This document shows, piece by piece, positions 20,521-30,205 of a DNA stretch of 64,000 nt. The notes below the pieces were generated by a model. It searched no databases and was not told where the DNA came from. It was given only the letters and a program-made list of their open reading frames with translations. This DNA comes from Capsulimonadaceae bacterium. GTDB taxonomy: Bacteria > Armatimonadota > Armatimonadia > Armatimonadales > Capsulimonadaceae. The position numbers and the translations under genes are program-made. The DNA lies in the NCBI GenBank assembly GCA_965215505.1, contig OZ244065.1, positions 1,632,001 through 1,696,000 of the forward strand, read 5' to 3'. How positions within the stretch are numbered: the stretch's first letter is position 1; each line of letters starts with the position of its first letter.

Positions 20521-21840
20521 CTATTGTACCTGAGTCGTACCGGGTGGCGGGAAATCGCGGGCGGCGGCGTCCAGGACCAGCACCCAATCCGGGCCGTCCA
20601 GGTCCGTGGGCGGCGTCCAGGTTTGTGACGGTGTGCGGGGGAACAGGCCCAAGCTCTGGGCCGACCCCGTGCGCGGGTCGAACCACCAGGCGGCCAGCGT
20701 CTCGCCCGAGAGCGATGCCGTGTCCAGGGTGAAGGCCAGCCCGGCGGGAGAGTAGATGAAAGCATAACTGCCGTCAGTGTCGCGCGTCGCCTGGACATGG
20801 TCGCCGCCCGCGCCCACCTCAGACAGCAGGAGCGACTGGTCGGGGATCCGGGACAGGAACGGGCGCGATTCGAGCAGGGCGCGGAGGTGGCTCATCTGGG
20901 CCGCGCCGGGGAGCAGCAGGGCCTCGCGCCAGGGGGTCCGGGCCACCGTCACTGCGGGGAAGCGGGCGGCATCCAGGAATTGCCAGACATCGTGGCAGCC
21001 GTAGGTGTGGCCGAAGCCGCCCGCGAAGGCCGCCCAATAGCCCGCGCGGCGCACGGCATGGTCGTCGAACCACAGGTCGGTCGGCGTCCATTGCGGCGTC
21101 ATGACGGGGTGGTCCTCGTAGCAAGGCTCGGCGTCCAAGGCGGGGCGCGTCGGAAGCGCCTGGTAATCGCGGGCGATGGCCCCGTAGTTGGGGACCAGCC
21201 CGACGTGTCCGGTCTGGCGCATGTCGAAGTCCAGCCAGGCGTCATTCGGGAAATAGTCGCTGGCCGAACGCCCGCCGGGCGGGTGGAACGTCCGCAGGTG
21301 CGCCCCGCCGTCACCCTCTGCCAGCCCCGCAGCCATGGCGCGGATGATCTCCCGGTGCCGGTCCGTTTCCACAGGCCGATCCCCGCCCAGGACCCAGAGC
21401 AGATCGGCGTCGCGGTAGCGATGCCCCAGGAACTCGCCGTAGCCCTGCGCGTTCTCGGGCGTGAAGATCTCCGGCCCCTCCCCGGTCCCCCGGTTCCACT
21501 TGTCGCCCCAGGTCGGCAGCAGCGCCACCCAAAGCCCGAGTTCGTTGGCGCGGCGGATGACCCAGTCTACATGGGCGAAGTACGGCTCGTTCGGCCTGGC
21601 CGGGTCGTCGTCGTGCAAGGGCAGGTGTCCGACCGGGCCAGGCCGGTCAAAGCCGTGTTCGGCGAGGACGACGGCCATGACGACCGTGAAGCCCTGGCCG
21701 GCGCGGGTCTGGAGGTAGAAGTCGGCCTCCTCGCGTGTCAGCCGGTGGAACAGCTCCCAGGCGGTGTCGGCGAGATAGAGGAACGGCGCTCCCCCGTCGT
21801 GGACGAGGAAGCGCCGGTTGGAACTGACTTGGAGCGGCAT
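20521..21840 (-). CDS. DUF4038/GH140 (apiosidase-like) glycoside hydrolase
   Basis: FLYLADTAWELFHRL, NEPYFAHVD, WVLGGD, EPCYE, GHTYG, WWFDPRTG. Confidence 0.8.
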   Translation of the reverse strand: MPLQVSSNRRFLVHDGGAPFLYLADTAWELFHRLTREEADFYLQTRAGQGFTVVMAVVLAEHGFDRPGPVGHLPLHDDDPARPNEPYFAHVDWVIRRANELGLWVALLPTWGDKWNRGTGEGPEIFTPENAQGYGEFLGHRYRDADLLWVLGGDRPVETDRHREIIRAMAAGLAEGDGGAHLRTFHPPGGRSASDYFPNDAWLDFDMRQTGHVGLVPNYGAIARDYQALPTRPALDAEPCYEDHPVMTPQWTPTDLWFDDHAVRRAGYWAAFAGGFGHTYGCHDVWQFLDAARFPAVTVARTPWREALLLPGAAQMSHLRALLESRPFLSRIPDQSLLLSEVGAGGDHVQATRDTDGSYAFIYSPAGLAFTLDTASLSGETLAAWWFDPRTGSAQSLGLFPRTPSQTWTPPTDLDGPDWVLVLDAAARDFPPPGTTQVQ

Positions 21841-21850
21841 GGGGACAGCC

Positions 21851-22789
21851 TCAGCGCGCGGGTGAAAGGAGCCAGACGGTCACGCGGCGGCGGCCCACGT
21901 TGGACGCCTCGCGAAACGTGGTGTGGCCGAGATCAATGCGGTGGCCCTTGATCGCGCCGCCGGTGTCGCCCGCCAGGGCGTAGCCGTAGCCCTCGATATA
22001 GAGCTTGGAGCCGAGGGGGATCAACCGCGGGTCCACGGCGACGACGCCGTAGCCGGCCCGCATCCCGTTCGCGCAGCGGCCCACGCTGCTGCCCTCATAG
22101 GGGGAGTAGCCGGTCGCCACCATGCTGAAGCACTGCATCCGCTGGTAAGTTCCGGAACGGGACGGCAGGGCGCGCGCCTCGCGGACGCGGATGCCGGCCA
22201 GTGTTTCCTGATCCTGCGGGGCACGGGCGACGCGGGTGGCGACCAGTTTGCGGGAGGTCGCCATTTCGTTGACGAAGCCCGCGTTGTAGGTCTTGGCGAG
22301 GACGCCGTTGACGCCGCGCTGCCCCGTCTTGACCTGGCCGGGCGCGACCTCGCGGCTCATTTTGAACACTGTCTTGAAGGGGATCGGGCTGGTCTCCGTC
22401 TGGTCTTCAAAACGGACGCGCGTGATGACGATCTTCAGGCCCGCGACGAGCGGGGCGGTGGGCTTGGGGACAATCCGGTCGTCTTTGCCGCAGGTGATGC
22501 CGGCCGCCGCCAGGGCGTCGCCGACGGTCGATGCCTTGGTGTCCAGAGTCCGGACAGCCTTGGCACCATCGGCGACGGTAACGGTGAGCGTGCGGGCCGG
22601 GGGGGCGTCGGAAGCGGGGGTGGTGCCGGCCCCTGCGCTGGGGCTGACGACGGGACTGATGGCGGGAGTGTCCGTGGGAGTGGTCGCGCTCTGCGCCAGG
22701 ACGGCGAAGGGGCAGGAAAGCGCGGTCACCGAGAAAATGGAAGCGACGGACAGATAGCCGAAGGTCCGTGCTGTCTTCGAGTTACGCAA
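21851..22789 (-). CDS. YabE-like cell-wall protein (DUF348, G5 and 3D domains)
   Basis: [18 protein letters not shown]5-like segment; [34 protein letters not shown] start after GGAGG. Confidence 0.88.
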   Translation of the reverse strand: MRNSKTARTFGYLSVASIFSVTALSCPFAVLAQSATTPTDTPAISPVVSPSAGAGTTPASDAPPARTLTVTVADGAKAVRTLDTKASTVGDALAAAGITCGKDDRIVPKPTAPLVAGLKIVITRVRFEDQTETSPIPFKTVFKMSREVAPGQVKTGQRGVNGVLAKTYNAGFVNEMATSRKLVATRVARAPQDQETLAGIRVREARALPSRSGTYQRMQCFSMVATGYSPYEGSSVGRCANGMRAGYGVVAVDPRLIPLGSKLYIEGYGYALAGDTGGAIKGHRIDLGHTTFREASNVGRRRVTVWLLSPAR

Positions 22790-22907
22790 ATGGTCTCCTC
22801 CTGGAGAGTCTGTAGGTTTGGACGCGCGAGTGCTGCGATGGATTTCCGCGCGCCATGCCGGGACGCCTTTTGGCGAGCCGACCTTTGCTGTTCTTCGAGG
22901 CTGGGTC

Positions 22908-22936
22908 AGTATAACCCAAAGCCCCCGCCGTGTCAA
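22908..22936 (-). promoter_or_regulatory. Sigma70-type promoter for the yabE-like gene
   Basis: TTGACA-17 nt-TATACT. Confidence 0.7.
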
Positions 22937-23010
22937 GATGCCTTGTGACGGCGTGACGTGTCGTTGCTAATTGTTGGCATGAAAACAGCCTAAAAAGAGG
23001 GTGAAATTTG

Positions 23011-23039
23011 TTGACATCCGGCCCTGAATATGGTATATT
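23011..23039 (+). promoter_or_regulatory. recA promoter
   Basis: TTGACA-17 nt-TATATT with TG extended -10. Confidence 0.75.
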
Positions 23040-23050
23040 AGGGTGATTTA

Positions 23051-23064
23051 CGAACAGATGTTTG
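23051..23064. promoter_or_regulatory. Putative LexA box at recA
   Basis: CGAAC-AGAT-GTTTG, similar to the GAAC-N4-GTTC family; matches two sites near lexA. Confidence 0.72.
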
Positions 23065-23092
23065 ACGAACACGGTTTAGAGAGGAACTGACA

Positions 23093-24136
23093 TTGGACAA
23101 AGAGAAAGCACTGGAACTGGCACTGGCACAGATAGACAAGCAGTTCGGCAAGGGCGCGATCATGCGTCTGGGACAGGCCGAAAAGCTGGTGACGGAGGCC
23201 GTCCCGACCGGCTCCGTCGCGCTGGACATCGCCCTGGGCGTCGGCGGTATCCCCAAGGGGCGCATCACCGAGGTCTACGGCCCCGAGTCGTCGGGCAAGA
23301 CGACTCTGGCCCTGCACCTGGTGGCCGAGTCGCAGAAGACGGGCGGCATCTGCGCCTATGTGGACGCCGAACACGCCCTGGACCCGGAGTACGCCCGCAA
23401 GCTGGGCGTCAACATAGACAGCCTGCTGGTCTCGCAGCCCTCCACGGGCGAGGAGGCCCTGGAGATCACGGACGGCCTGGTCCGGTCGGGAGCCATCTCG
23501 CTGGTGGTCATCGACTCGGTCGCCGCGCTGGTGCCGAAGGCGGAGATCGAGGGCGAGATGGGCGACAGCCACATGGGCCTCCAGGCCCGCATGATGTCGC
23601 AGGCCATGCGGAAGCTGTCCGGCAGTGTCAGCAAGACGGGCTGCGTGATCATCTTTATCAACCAGCTCCGCGAGAAGATCGGCGTCATGTTCGGCAACCC
23701 GGAGACAACGCCGGGCGGCAAGGCCCTGAAGTTCTACGCCTCGGTGCGGCTGGACATCCGGCGCGTCGAGACTTTGAAGCAGGGCACGGACATGGTGGGC
23801 AACCGGGTCAAGGTCAAGGTGGTCAAGAACAAGGTCGCCCCGCCCTTCCGCCAGGCCGAGTTCGACATCATGTTCGGCACGGGGATCAGCCGCTCAGGAG
23901 GAATCCTGGACATGGCCATCGAACTAGGCATCGCGAACAAGTCCGGCTCCTGGTTCACCTACGGCGACACCCGGATCGGCCAGGGACGCGAGAACGCCAA
24001 GCAGTACCTGGAAGAGCGCCCCGAGATCATGGCCGAGATGGAGTCGCGCATCCGCGAGATCGCCGTCGGCCCGGTCGAGAGCCTGCCCGCCGCCATGGAG
24101 GCCGACGACGCCGAGGCGCTGGCTTTGGCCGCATAA
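23093..24136 (+). CDS. recA: Recombinase A
   Basis: [43 protein letters not shown] start. Confidence 0.99.
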   Translation: MDKEKALELALAQIDKQFGKGAIMRLGQAEKLVTEAVPTGSVALDIALGVGGIPKGRITEVYGPESSGKTTLALHLVAESQKTGGICAYVDAEHALDPEYARKLGVNIDSLLVSQPSTGEEALEITDGLVRSGAISLVVIDSVAALVPKAEIEGEMGDSHMGLQARMMSQAMRKLSGSVSKTGCVIIFINQLREKIGVMFGNPETTPGGKALKFYASVRLDIRRVETLKQGTDMVGNRVKVKVVKNKVAPPFRQAEFDIMFGTGISRSGGILDMAIELGIANKSGSWFTYGDTRIGQGRENAKQYLEERPEIMAEMESRIREIAVGPVESLPAAMEADDAEALALAA

Positions 24137-24211
24137 CTTCCCATGCCTCCCGCATGAGTTGCCGGGGGCTTCCCCCTTCTGAGTGACTGACCTGGTGTAA
24201 GGAGAACTGAA

Positions 24212-25150
24212 ATGGCGTTCGATTTTAAGAGGCATCTAATCAAAGTCCAGGGCGGCCGGACGTACCTGCCGGTTTCGGCGCGCATCGTCTGGTTCCGGGA
24301 GGAACACCCCGACTGGAGCATCGAGACGGAGGCCGTCGAGATCAACCACGAGAAGCAGTACGCGATCTTCCGCGCCCGCATCTGTGACGGCGACGGCAAG
24401 CTGATGGCGACGGGGACCAAAAAGGAAGACGTCAAGGGTTTCGGCGACTACATTGAAAAAAGCGAAACCGGGGCCGTTGGCCGTGCCCTCGCCCTGTGCG
24501 GCTTCGGGACGCAGTTCTCACCCGAACTGGACGAGGCGACGGGCGGGCGCTTCGCGGACAGCCCACAGCCGATGGGCGGCGGGCGCTTCGGTGGCGGGGG
24601 TGGTGGGAACTACGGCGGCAATAATGGCGGCGGGCAGAACGGGGGCGGCAGCAACCGCTATGGCAGTCCCCCGCCGAGCGGCGAAGGCGTCCGCTTCACC
24701 CCGCCGCGTGAGTCCGCTCCCCCCCGCGAGATGAACGCGCCCCCCGCCGAGCGCCCGACGCCGCCTCGTAATGACGCGCCGCCTCGTAATGAGGCACCCC
24801 GGAGCGAGGCCGCGCGGCCCGAGCCAGTGAGGCCTGCCCCGGCCCGCCCAGCCCCCGTGGAGGACGCAGGCGAGGACGATTTCGAGGCGCTGATCGGCGG
24901 CGAAGGCCTGCTGGATGCGACCGAGGATGACCCGTTCGGCGACGCCGCCGAGGCTGCCCCCAAGCCCTCCGCGCCGGCCCGGCCGGCTGCCCCTGCGCCG
25001 CCGGCGAATGGGACACCGGCTTGCATCGGCTGTAACAAGGCTCTGACCAAGGCGCAGCAGGAGCTTTCGATCCGCAACTACGGCGAGGCGCTCTGCCCCG
25101 GCTGTCAGCGCGACAAGGCGCGGCGGCCCGCGCTGGCCGAACGTGCCTGA
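24212..25150 (+). CDS. Putative Rad52/Sak-like ssDNA-annealing protein with low-complexity linker and C-terminal Zn ribbon
   Basis: YLPVSARIVWFREEHP...IEKSETGAVGRALALCGFG resembles Rad52-like proteins; C-terminal CIGC...CPGC; GGAG RBS. Confidence 0.6.
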   Translation: MAFDFKRHLIKVQGGRTYLPVSARIVWFREEHPDWSIETEAVEINHEKQYAIFRARICDGDGKLMATGTKKEDVKGFGDYIEKSETGAVGRALALCGFGTQFSPELDEATGGRFADSPQPMGGGRFGGGGGGNYGGNNGGGQNGGGSNRYGSPPPSGEGVRFTPPRESAPPREMNAPPAERPTPPRNDAPPRNEAPRSEAARPEPVRPAPARPAPVEDAGEDDFEALIGGEGLLDATEDDPFGDAAEAAPKPSAPARPAAPAPPANGTPACIGCNKALTKAQQELSIRNYGEALCPGCQRDKARRPALAERA

Positions 25151-25178
25151 CCGGTCTGAGCCTCCGGCATCGGATGAA

Positions 25179-25310
25179 GACGAGCGAATAGAATTCGCTC
25201 GCTCCCACGAGACCTGTCCAGGGGACAGAAGAAGGGCGTAAGGCTCGCCTCCCCCTATTCTACTGTCCCCTGGACAGGTCCATTTCAGCGAGTGATTTCA
25301 ATCACTCGTC
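25179..25310. repeat. Nested inverted-repeat element (REPIN/MITE-like)
   Basis: Outer palindromes CGAGCGAATAGAATTCGCTCG and CGAGTGATTTCAATCACTCG; inner perfect 18-bp IR GACCTGTCCAGGGGACAG/CTGTCCCCTGGACAGGTC. Confidence 0.65.
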
Positions 25311-25317
25311 CCGACCC

Positions 25318-25357
25318 AAAAAGCCCCCACTTCTACTCAGAAGCGGGGGCTTTCTTG
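25318..25357. terminator. Bidirectional terminator
   Basis: AAAAAGCCCCC...GGGGGCTTTCTT between convergent genes. Confidence 0.75.
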
Positions 25358-25374
25358 TGCCGTTAGCGGTTCAC

Positions 25375-25875
25375 CTAGCGTCGGGCGACGAGGCCCTTGT
25401 GATAGCGGTGTTCGATCTGGGCGATGACGGTAGGATTGGTGACGGGGATCAGGAGGTGCTGGCCGGGGATGAGGGGGGTGGTCCCGGCAAGATGGTTGAC
25501 GCGGGCGATCTGCTCTTCACGCGCAAGGATATAGACGTTTGGGTCGCCGTAATGCCTGGCGAGCTTGGTCAGCGTGTCCCCACGGGCGACGGTCTTGGAG
25601 ATCATGACGACGGCAGGCTGGGCCGGGACGACGTAGCTTTGCTGGACCGAGTGGACCAGGGAGAGGGCGAAGGTGAAAAAGAAATACAGGAGTACGGCGG
25701 CGGCGGCGGCGGCCAGGAGGACGTTTTCGAACCGGCTGAACGGGCTGCGCCGGGCAACGGAGGGGGTCCGGGAAGGTGCGGCTTCCGTCACGTCCTTCAG
25801 GACGAGCTGAGGCCGGGGGCGGACACTGGCGGGGCGCGGGCGATCATCACACACATCAAGTCTCAACGGAACCAT
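25375..25875 (-). CDS. TM plus LysM protein; YneA/ChiZ-like SOS division inhibitor candidate
   Basis: Single TM followed by LysM (TVARGDTLTKLA...VNHL...LIPGQHLLIP); divergent from lexA; GAGGAG RBS. Confidence 0.78.
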   Translation of the reverse strand: MVPLRLDVCDDRPRPASVRPRPQLVLKDVTEAAPSRTPSVARRSPFSRFENVLLAAAAAAVLLYFFFTFALSLVHSVQQSYVVPAQPAVVMISKTVARGDTLTKLARHYGDPNVYILAREEQIARVNHLAGTTPLIPGQHLLIPVTNPTVIAQIEHRYHKGLVARR

Positions 25876-25909
25876 GGTCTATTCTCCTCACTTGATACGA
25901 CAGGCGGGG

Positions 25910-25923
25910 CAAACACTTGTTTG
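25910..25923. promoter_or_regulatory. Putative LexA box at the LysM gene
   Basis: CAAAC-ACTT-GTTTG just downstream of the promoter -10. Confidence 0.72.
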
Positions 25924-25933
25924 CTTCTTCTGC

Positions 25934-25962
25934 ATTATACACAAGATGTAGCAGAGTGTCAA
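25934..25962 (-). promoter_or_regulatory. Consensus sigma70 promoter for the LysM gene
   Basis: TTGACA-17 nt-TATAAT. Confidence 0.8.
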
Positions 25963-25990
25963 CGAGATTCTGCCCATACAGTGAAAAAAA

Positions 25991-26032
25991 CAAACAAAAG
26001 TTTGACTAAGTTCCGGGCGTCCGTGGTATAAT
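25991..26032 (+). promoter_or_regulatory. lexA promoter with overlapping putative LexA box
   Basis: CAAAC-AAAA-GTTTG (25991-26004) overlaps TTGACT; TGG-TATAAT extended -10 at 26024-26032. Confidence 0.68.
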
Positions 26033-26127
26033 CCCAGAGACAGCACTTATTCGTCATTATTGGCTTTTATTCCGGTTTCATCACTTCATTCCTATTCATC
26101 AATCCGCATTCATAAAAAGGAAGCATC

Positions 26128-26754
26128 ATGCAATCACTCACCGAGAAGCAGCGGCAGATCCTTGAAGTCGTCCGCACCCATATCGAACAGCGTGGTCACG
26201 CGCCCACGGTCCGTGAGATCGGCGCGCAGGTCAGCCTCAGTTCCTCCTGCACCGTCAAGAAGCACCTGGACAGCCTGGAAGCCAAGGGCTTCCTGCGGCG
26301 CGACCGCTACAAGCGGTCCCTGGACCTGATGGAAGGCGGCGAGCGCCTGACAATGGGCCGGGCGGTCTGCGTCCCCCTGCTGGGGCGCGTTGCGGGTGGC
26401 GCACCCATCCTGGCGGAGCAGTCGCAAAGCCCCGAGATGCTGCCGATCCCCGCTACCCTTCTGCGACGCGGCGACCAGGGGGGGCGGAACCTGTTCGCCC
26501 TGGAAGTGTATGGGGATTCGATGCGGGACGCGGGGATCGGGGACGGCGACATCGTGATTGCCCGCCGGCAGAACACGGCGGGGGACGGCGACATCGTGGT
26601 GGCGCTTCTGGGCGAGGAGGCGACGGTGAAGACGTTCTACCGGGAAGTGGATGGCGTGCGGCTCCAGCCGGAGAACCCCGACTATGAGCCGATCTTCGCC
26701 GCCGACGTGACGATCATGGGCAAGGTGGCGATGGCGATTAAACGGTTTTCATAA
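26128..26754 (+). CDS. lexA: SOS repressor
   Basis: PTVREIG HTH, GRVAGGAP cleavage region, GDSM and ATVK catalytic Ser/Lys, LQPEN. Confidence 0.96.
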   Translation: MQSLTEKQRQILEVVRTHIEQRGHAPTVREIGAQVSLSSSCTVKKHLDSLEAKGFLRRDRYKRSLDLMEGGERLTMGRAVCVPLLGRVAGGAPILAEQSQSPEMLPIPATLLRRGDQGGRNLFALEVYGDSMRDAGIGDGDIVIARRQNTAGDGDIVVALLGEEATVKTFYREVDGVRLQPENPDYEPIFAADVTIMGKVAMAIKRFS

Positions 26755-26771
26755 GAGCGAACGAAGGGAGA

Positions 26772-26836
26772 GGGCGCACCCCCGTGTGCGCCCCTACGGC
26801 GTCGGCATCGTGTAGGGGCGAACCTCGTGTTCGCCC
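26772..26836. repeat. Pair of GTAG-type REP sequences in opposite orientation
   Basis: Minus GTAGGGGCGCACACGGGGGTGCGCCC (26772-26797); plus GTAGGGGCGAACCTCGTGTTCGCCC (26812-26836). Confidence 0.75.
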
Positions 26837-28554
26837 CTTCCCATGTGTCCACTCTCCCCAATGCTCGGCTGTGGGGCCGCACGCCGCCGGAGGATCGTCA
26901 GCGCGAACCCATAGGAGGCCAGCCCGACGGCGAAGTAAATCAGGCCCGTGCCCACCCAGAGCGGCCAGGCATTATAGCCGGCCATGCCGACGGCGGCGGC
27001 GATGTTGTCGCGGCCGAACGTCATGTGGCTGCCGAGCGCGTCCGTGAGTTGCCAGAGCGGGACGAAGGGGCACAGGTAGAGCGAGTTGACGGCAGGGTTG
27101 TGCGCCGCCGCGCTGGCGTCCATGCCGCTGAGGAGGGCATAGGAGAAGAACGGCAGCGCGACGGCGAGAACGACCGTCAGGTACAGAAGCGTCAGCGACG
27201 ACCAGCGGTTCCCCAGCAGGACCGAGAGCAGGAAGCCAAGCCCCGCGATCCCGAACACGACCAGGGCCAGCATGAGGGAACCCTGGAGGAGTACGTCCGT
27301 CACCCGCGCCCCGGTCGTGCCGGACGCCAGGGGCGCGGCGGCGAGCAGCGGCGGCGGCCCACCCCCGAAGCGCGTCAGAAAGGGGGGCGGCGCGAGGCTC
27401 CCCAGGTGCGTCGCGGCGAAGGTCAGACCCAGCACCAGGGCGGTCAGCAGCAGGGCGAACGGCAGGCCGGAGGGCAGGGTCGCGTCCCCGAAGATATGGC
27501 CCGGCGACCACGCCCGCGCGAGAGCCTGCCCCTGCCCCCGCCCCCCCCACCCTTCCAGGTCCCCCGTCACGAGGATGGGCACGAAGAGCAGCAGGACGCT
27601 GGCGACGAGGAGGAGCAGGAACAGCACCTGCTGGTCGGTCGTCACCGACCCGCCCGCCGGCAGCCCCCGCAGGATTCCCGCCCCGAAGAAGACGATCAGG
27701 CCCGCGAACAGCAGCGTCACCAGCCGCAGCGGGGCCGCGCGCCGGGAGGGGAAGTCCTCCAGGCGGTTGATGCAGGCCAGGACGAGGACCGCGCTCAGGG
27801 TGCCGTTCAGCAGCAGGGCGGGCACCCAGGCGGGCAGAGTCCAGCCGTAGTAATGTTCGGGAACGACCGCGCCCGTCACCGCCCCGACGGGGTTCAGGGC
27901 ACACAGCCCGAAGCTCCCCTGGAAGCCGCCGCCGAACACGACGGGGGCGGCGAAGGGGGCGGTCACGACGAAGAAGACGATCAAGGTGGCGTAGGACAGG
28001 ACCGTCGCGGTCGCCGTGCTGGCGGCATAGGCAGACCAGCACAGGCCGACGGCCCCGAAGAGGAAGGCGTCCCCGACCAGCAGGATGTAGGCGAAGAAGA
28101 CCTCGCCGGGCGAGACGCCGCCCAGCAGGAAGCACAGCGACAGCAGCGGGAGCGAGGAGGTCAGGAGCAGCGCGACGAACGAGACCGACGAGGCCAGCTT
28201 GCCCCAGACGATGGCGCGCGGCCTCAAGATGGTCCCGCGCAGCATCTCGAACGTCCGCTGCTCGCGCTCGACCGAGATGGCCCCGGCCGTCAGGGCGGGC
28301 GTGATCAGGGCGATCATCACGGCCTGCGAGTAGAAGAGGATCTGGAAAAAGGTCCGGCCGACCGTGAAGCCCGCCGACGCGCCCCCCCGCTCCATCTCGT
28401 TGGAATGCTGGTTCCACCAGCCGAGGTAGGGGAAGAAGAGGATCAGGGAGAGCAGGAGCAGGTAACCGAAGAGCAGCCAGTACGTCCGCGTCCCCCGCAT
28501 CCGCCCGCGCAGCTCTTTGGTGATGACCGGGTTGTCCAGGGTCCAGCTTGGCAT
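26794..28554 (-). CDS. ABC-2-type transporter permease
   Basis: NPVITKELRGRMRG, PALTAGAISVEREQRTFEML, IVWGKL; many TMs. Confidence 0.88.
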   Translation of the reverse strand: MPSWTLDNPVITKELRGRMRGTRTYWLLFGYLLLLSLILFFPYLGWWNQHSNEMERGGASAGFTVGRTFFQILFYSQAVMIALITPALTAGAISVEREQRTFEMLRGTILRPRAIVWGKLASSVSFVALLLTSSLPLLSLCFLLGGVSPGEVFFAYILLVGDAFLFGAVGLCWSAYAASTATATVLSYATLIVFFVVTAPFAAPVVFGGGFQGSFGLCALNPVGAVTGAVVPEHYYGWTLPAWVPALLLNGTLSAVLVLACINRLEDFPSRRAAPLRLVTLLFAGLIVFFGAGILRGLPAGGSVTTDQQVLFLLLLVASVLLLFVPILVTGDLEGWGGRGQGQALARAWSPGHIFGDATLPSGLPFALLLTALVLGLTFAATHLGSLAPPPFLTRFGGGPPPLLAAAPLASGTTGARVTDVLLQGSLMLALVVFGIAGLGFLLSVLLGNRWSSLTLLYLTVVLAVALPFFSYALLSGMDASAAAHNPAVNSLYLCPFVPLWQLTDALGSHMTFGRDNIAAAVGMAGYNAWPLWVGTGLIYFAVGLASYGFALTILRRRAAPQPSIGESGHMGRGEHEVRPYTMPTP

Positions 28555-28638
28555 GATCGTCTCCCCCTCACATCGTCAGGTAAGAGAGTATACGGCAAAC
28601 AGGCTGCCGAATCCTTTAAGGGACTCATTGCAGGGGAT

Positions 28639-30099
28639 TCACCGGGGCTTGATCTTGACCGACGCGCTCACCATGCCGTCGAAGGCGGACATGGACGGCA
28701 TCTGGCCGCTCGCCCGCAGCCGCCGGGTCAGGGCGTCCATCTCCTTCGCCGCTTCCAGGCCGGCGGGGTCCAGGCGGCGGCACACCCCGTATTGGTTCAG
28801 CGCCCAGGCGTATTGCCCGCCCTGGGCATAGAGTCGGGCCAGCCGCAGGCGCAGATTCGGGTCGTCGAGCTTCTTCTGGGCCAGTTCCTGGGCGAAGCCG
28901 AGGTTCCGGGTGTAGTCGAACAGGCCGAGCGAGGCCGCGCGGCAGTAGGCCGCCCGTTTCCTGCTGCCGAGCCGGGCGTAGGCCGTTCCCAGGGCATACC
29001 AGATCTTCGGGTCGCCCGGCGACCACGCCTCGGCGTCTTCCAGCAGGGTGACGGCCTCGCGCGGCTTGCCCTTCCCGAGCGCGGCCCGCCCCAGTCCGGC
29101 GAGCGCAGCCGGGTCATGGGGCGAGAGTGCAAGGGCATCGTGCAGCAGTCGCGCGGCCTCGGCCTGACCTTCCGGCGATTGCGCGTGGTCCAGCAGGAAC
29201 AGGCCCAGGGCGAGCGCGGGCGCGGAGTCGTTCGGGCTGAAGGCGAGCGCCCGACGTCCGTCCCGCTCCGCCGCCGCGTCCTGATGCGCTTTGGCCTCGG
29301 TCCCGGCCAGGGCCAAGGCGCATTCGCCGCTGTGTGGGTCGAGTGCGAAAGCGCGGCGGAAGTCCGACTCGGCGAGCAGGTTCCGGGCGTCGTCGTCCCG
29401 GACACAGACCCCCAGCCCGTACCAGTAGCGGGACACGTTCGGCGCTTCCTTGACGAGCGTGGTCATGCGGCGCTCGGCCTCGTCCCCGAACCCGGCACCG
29501 TAGTAGAGCAGGGCCAGGCGGTAGCGCGCCTCATACAGCGTGGGCTGGAGTCGGACGGCCCGGCTGTAAGCGCGGAACGCCTCGTCGCTCTTCCCGCGCG
29601 TGTCCAGAATCAGGCCGAGGCTGTAAAGGGCTGGCGCGGAGCTGGGGTCGCGGGCGAGTATGGCGTTGAAGCCGCGCTCGGCGTTATCCAAGTCATTGCG
29701 GGCCAGCAGCGCGCTGGCGTCTCGGATCAGGCGGTCCGTCGGAACGGCAGGCTGTGCACTCCGCTGGTGCAGGTCGCGGACCGTCGCGGCCAGGATGTCG
29801 GGGTCCAGTGTGGCGGCGCGGGTGTAGGCGTCCTGCGCGGCCCCGGTCTGCCCCAGCCCCTGCAAGTGCAGGCCGAGGTAGTAGAAGACGCGCGCGTTGT
29901 TCGGCTCCCGGCGCGAGGCCGCCTGGAGCTGGTCCAGCGAGGCCGCCTGCAAACGCCGTTCCTGGAGGGCCGGGGCCGTCCACAGGTAGGCGGCGAGGCA
30001 GGCGAGGACAGCCAGCGCCAGGAGCGGCCAGGCCTTGGGGGCGGGGCGGCGTGTGGCTCGCAGGGATTGAAGGAGGGGAGTGGTCATGGGGATCGTCAC
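28639..30099 (-). CDS. Membrane-anchored TPR-repeat protein
   Basis: N-terminal TM; repeated YYLG...A...Y.RA..LDP TPR units; start may be 30087. Confidence 0.88.
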   Translation of the reverse strand: MTIPMTTPLLQSLRATRRPAPKAWPLLALAVLACLAAYLWTAPALQERRLQAASLDQLQAASRREPNNARVFYYLGLHLQGLGQTGAAQDAYTRAATLDPDILAATVRDLHQRSAQPAVPTDRLIRDASALLARNDLDNAERGFNAILARDPSSAPALYSLGLILDTRGKSDEAFRAYSRAVRLQPTLYEARYRLALLYYGAGFGDEAERRMTTLVKEAPNVSRYWYGLGVCVRDDDARNLLAESDFRRAFALDPHSGECALALAGTEAKAHQDAAAERDGRRALAFSPNDSAPALALGLFLLDHAQSPEGQAEAARLLHDALALSPHDPAALAGLGRAALGKGKPREAVTLLEDAEAWSPGDPKIWYALGTAYARLGSRKRAAYCRAASLGLFDYTRNLGFAQELAQKKLDDPNLRLRLARLYAQGGQYAWALNQYGVCRRLDPAGLEAAKEMDALTRRLRASGQMPSMSAFDGMVSASVKIKPR

Positions 30100-30205
30100 G
30101 CGATTGTGGAATCGGCGCTGGAAGCCTTCCGGGTCTGCCAGTGCAGCGCCGGCCTACTCTTAAATGAAAACCGCTACGCGGTTGAAGATCGGGTGCATGG
30201 ACGGC

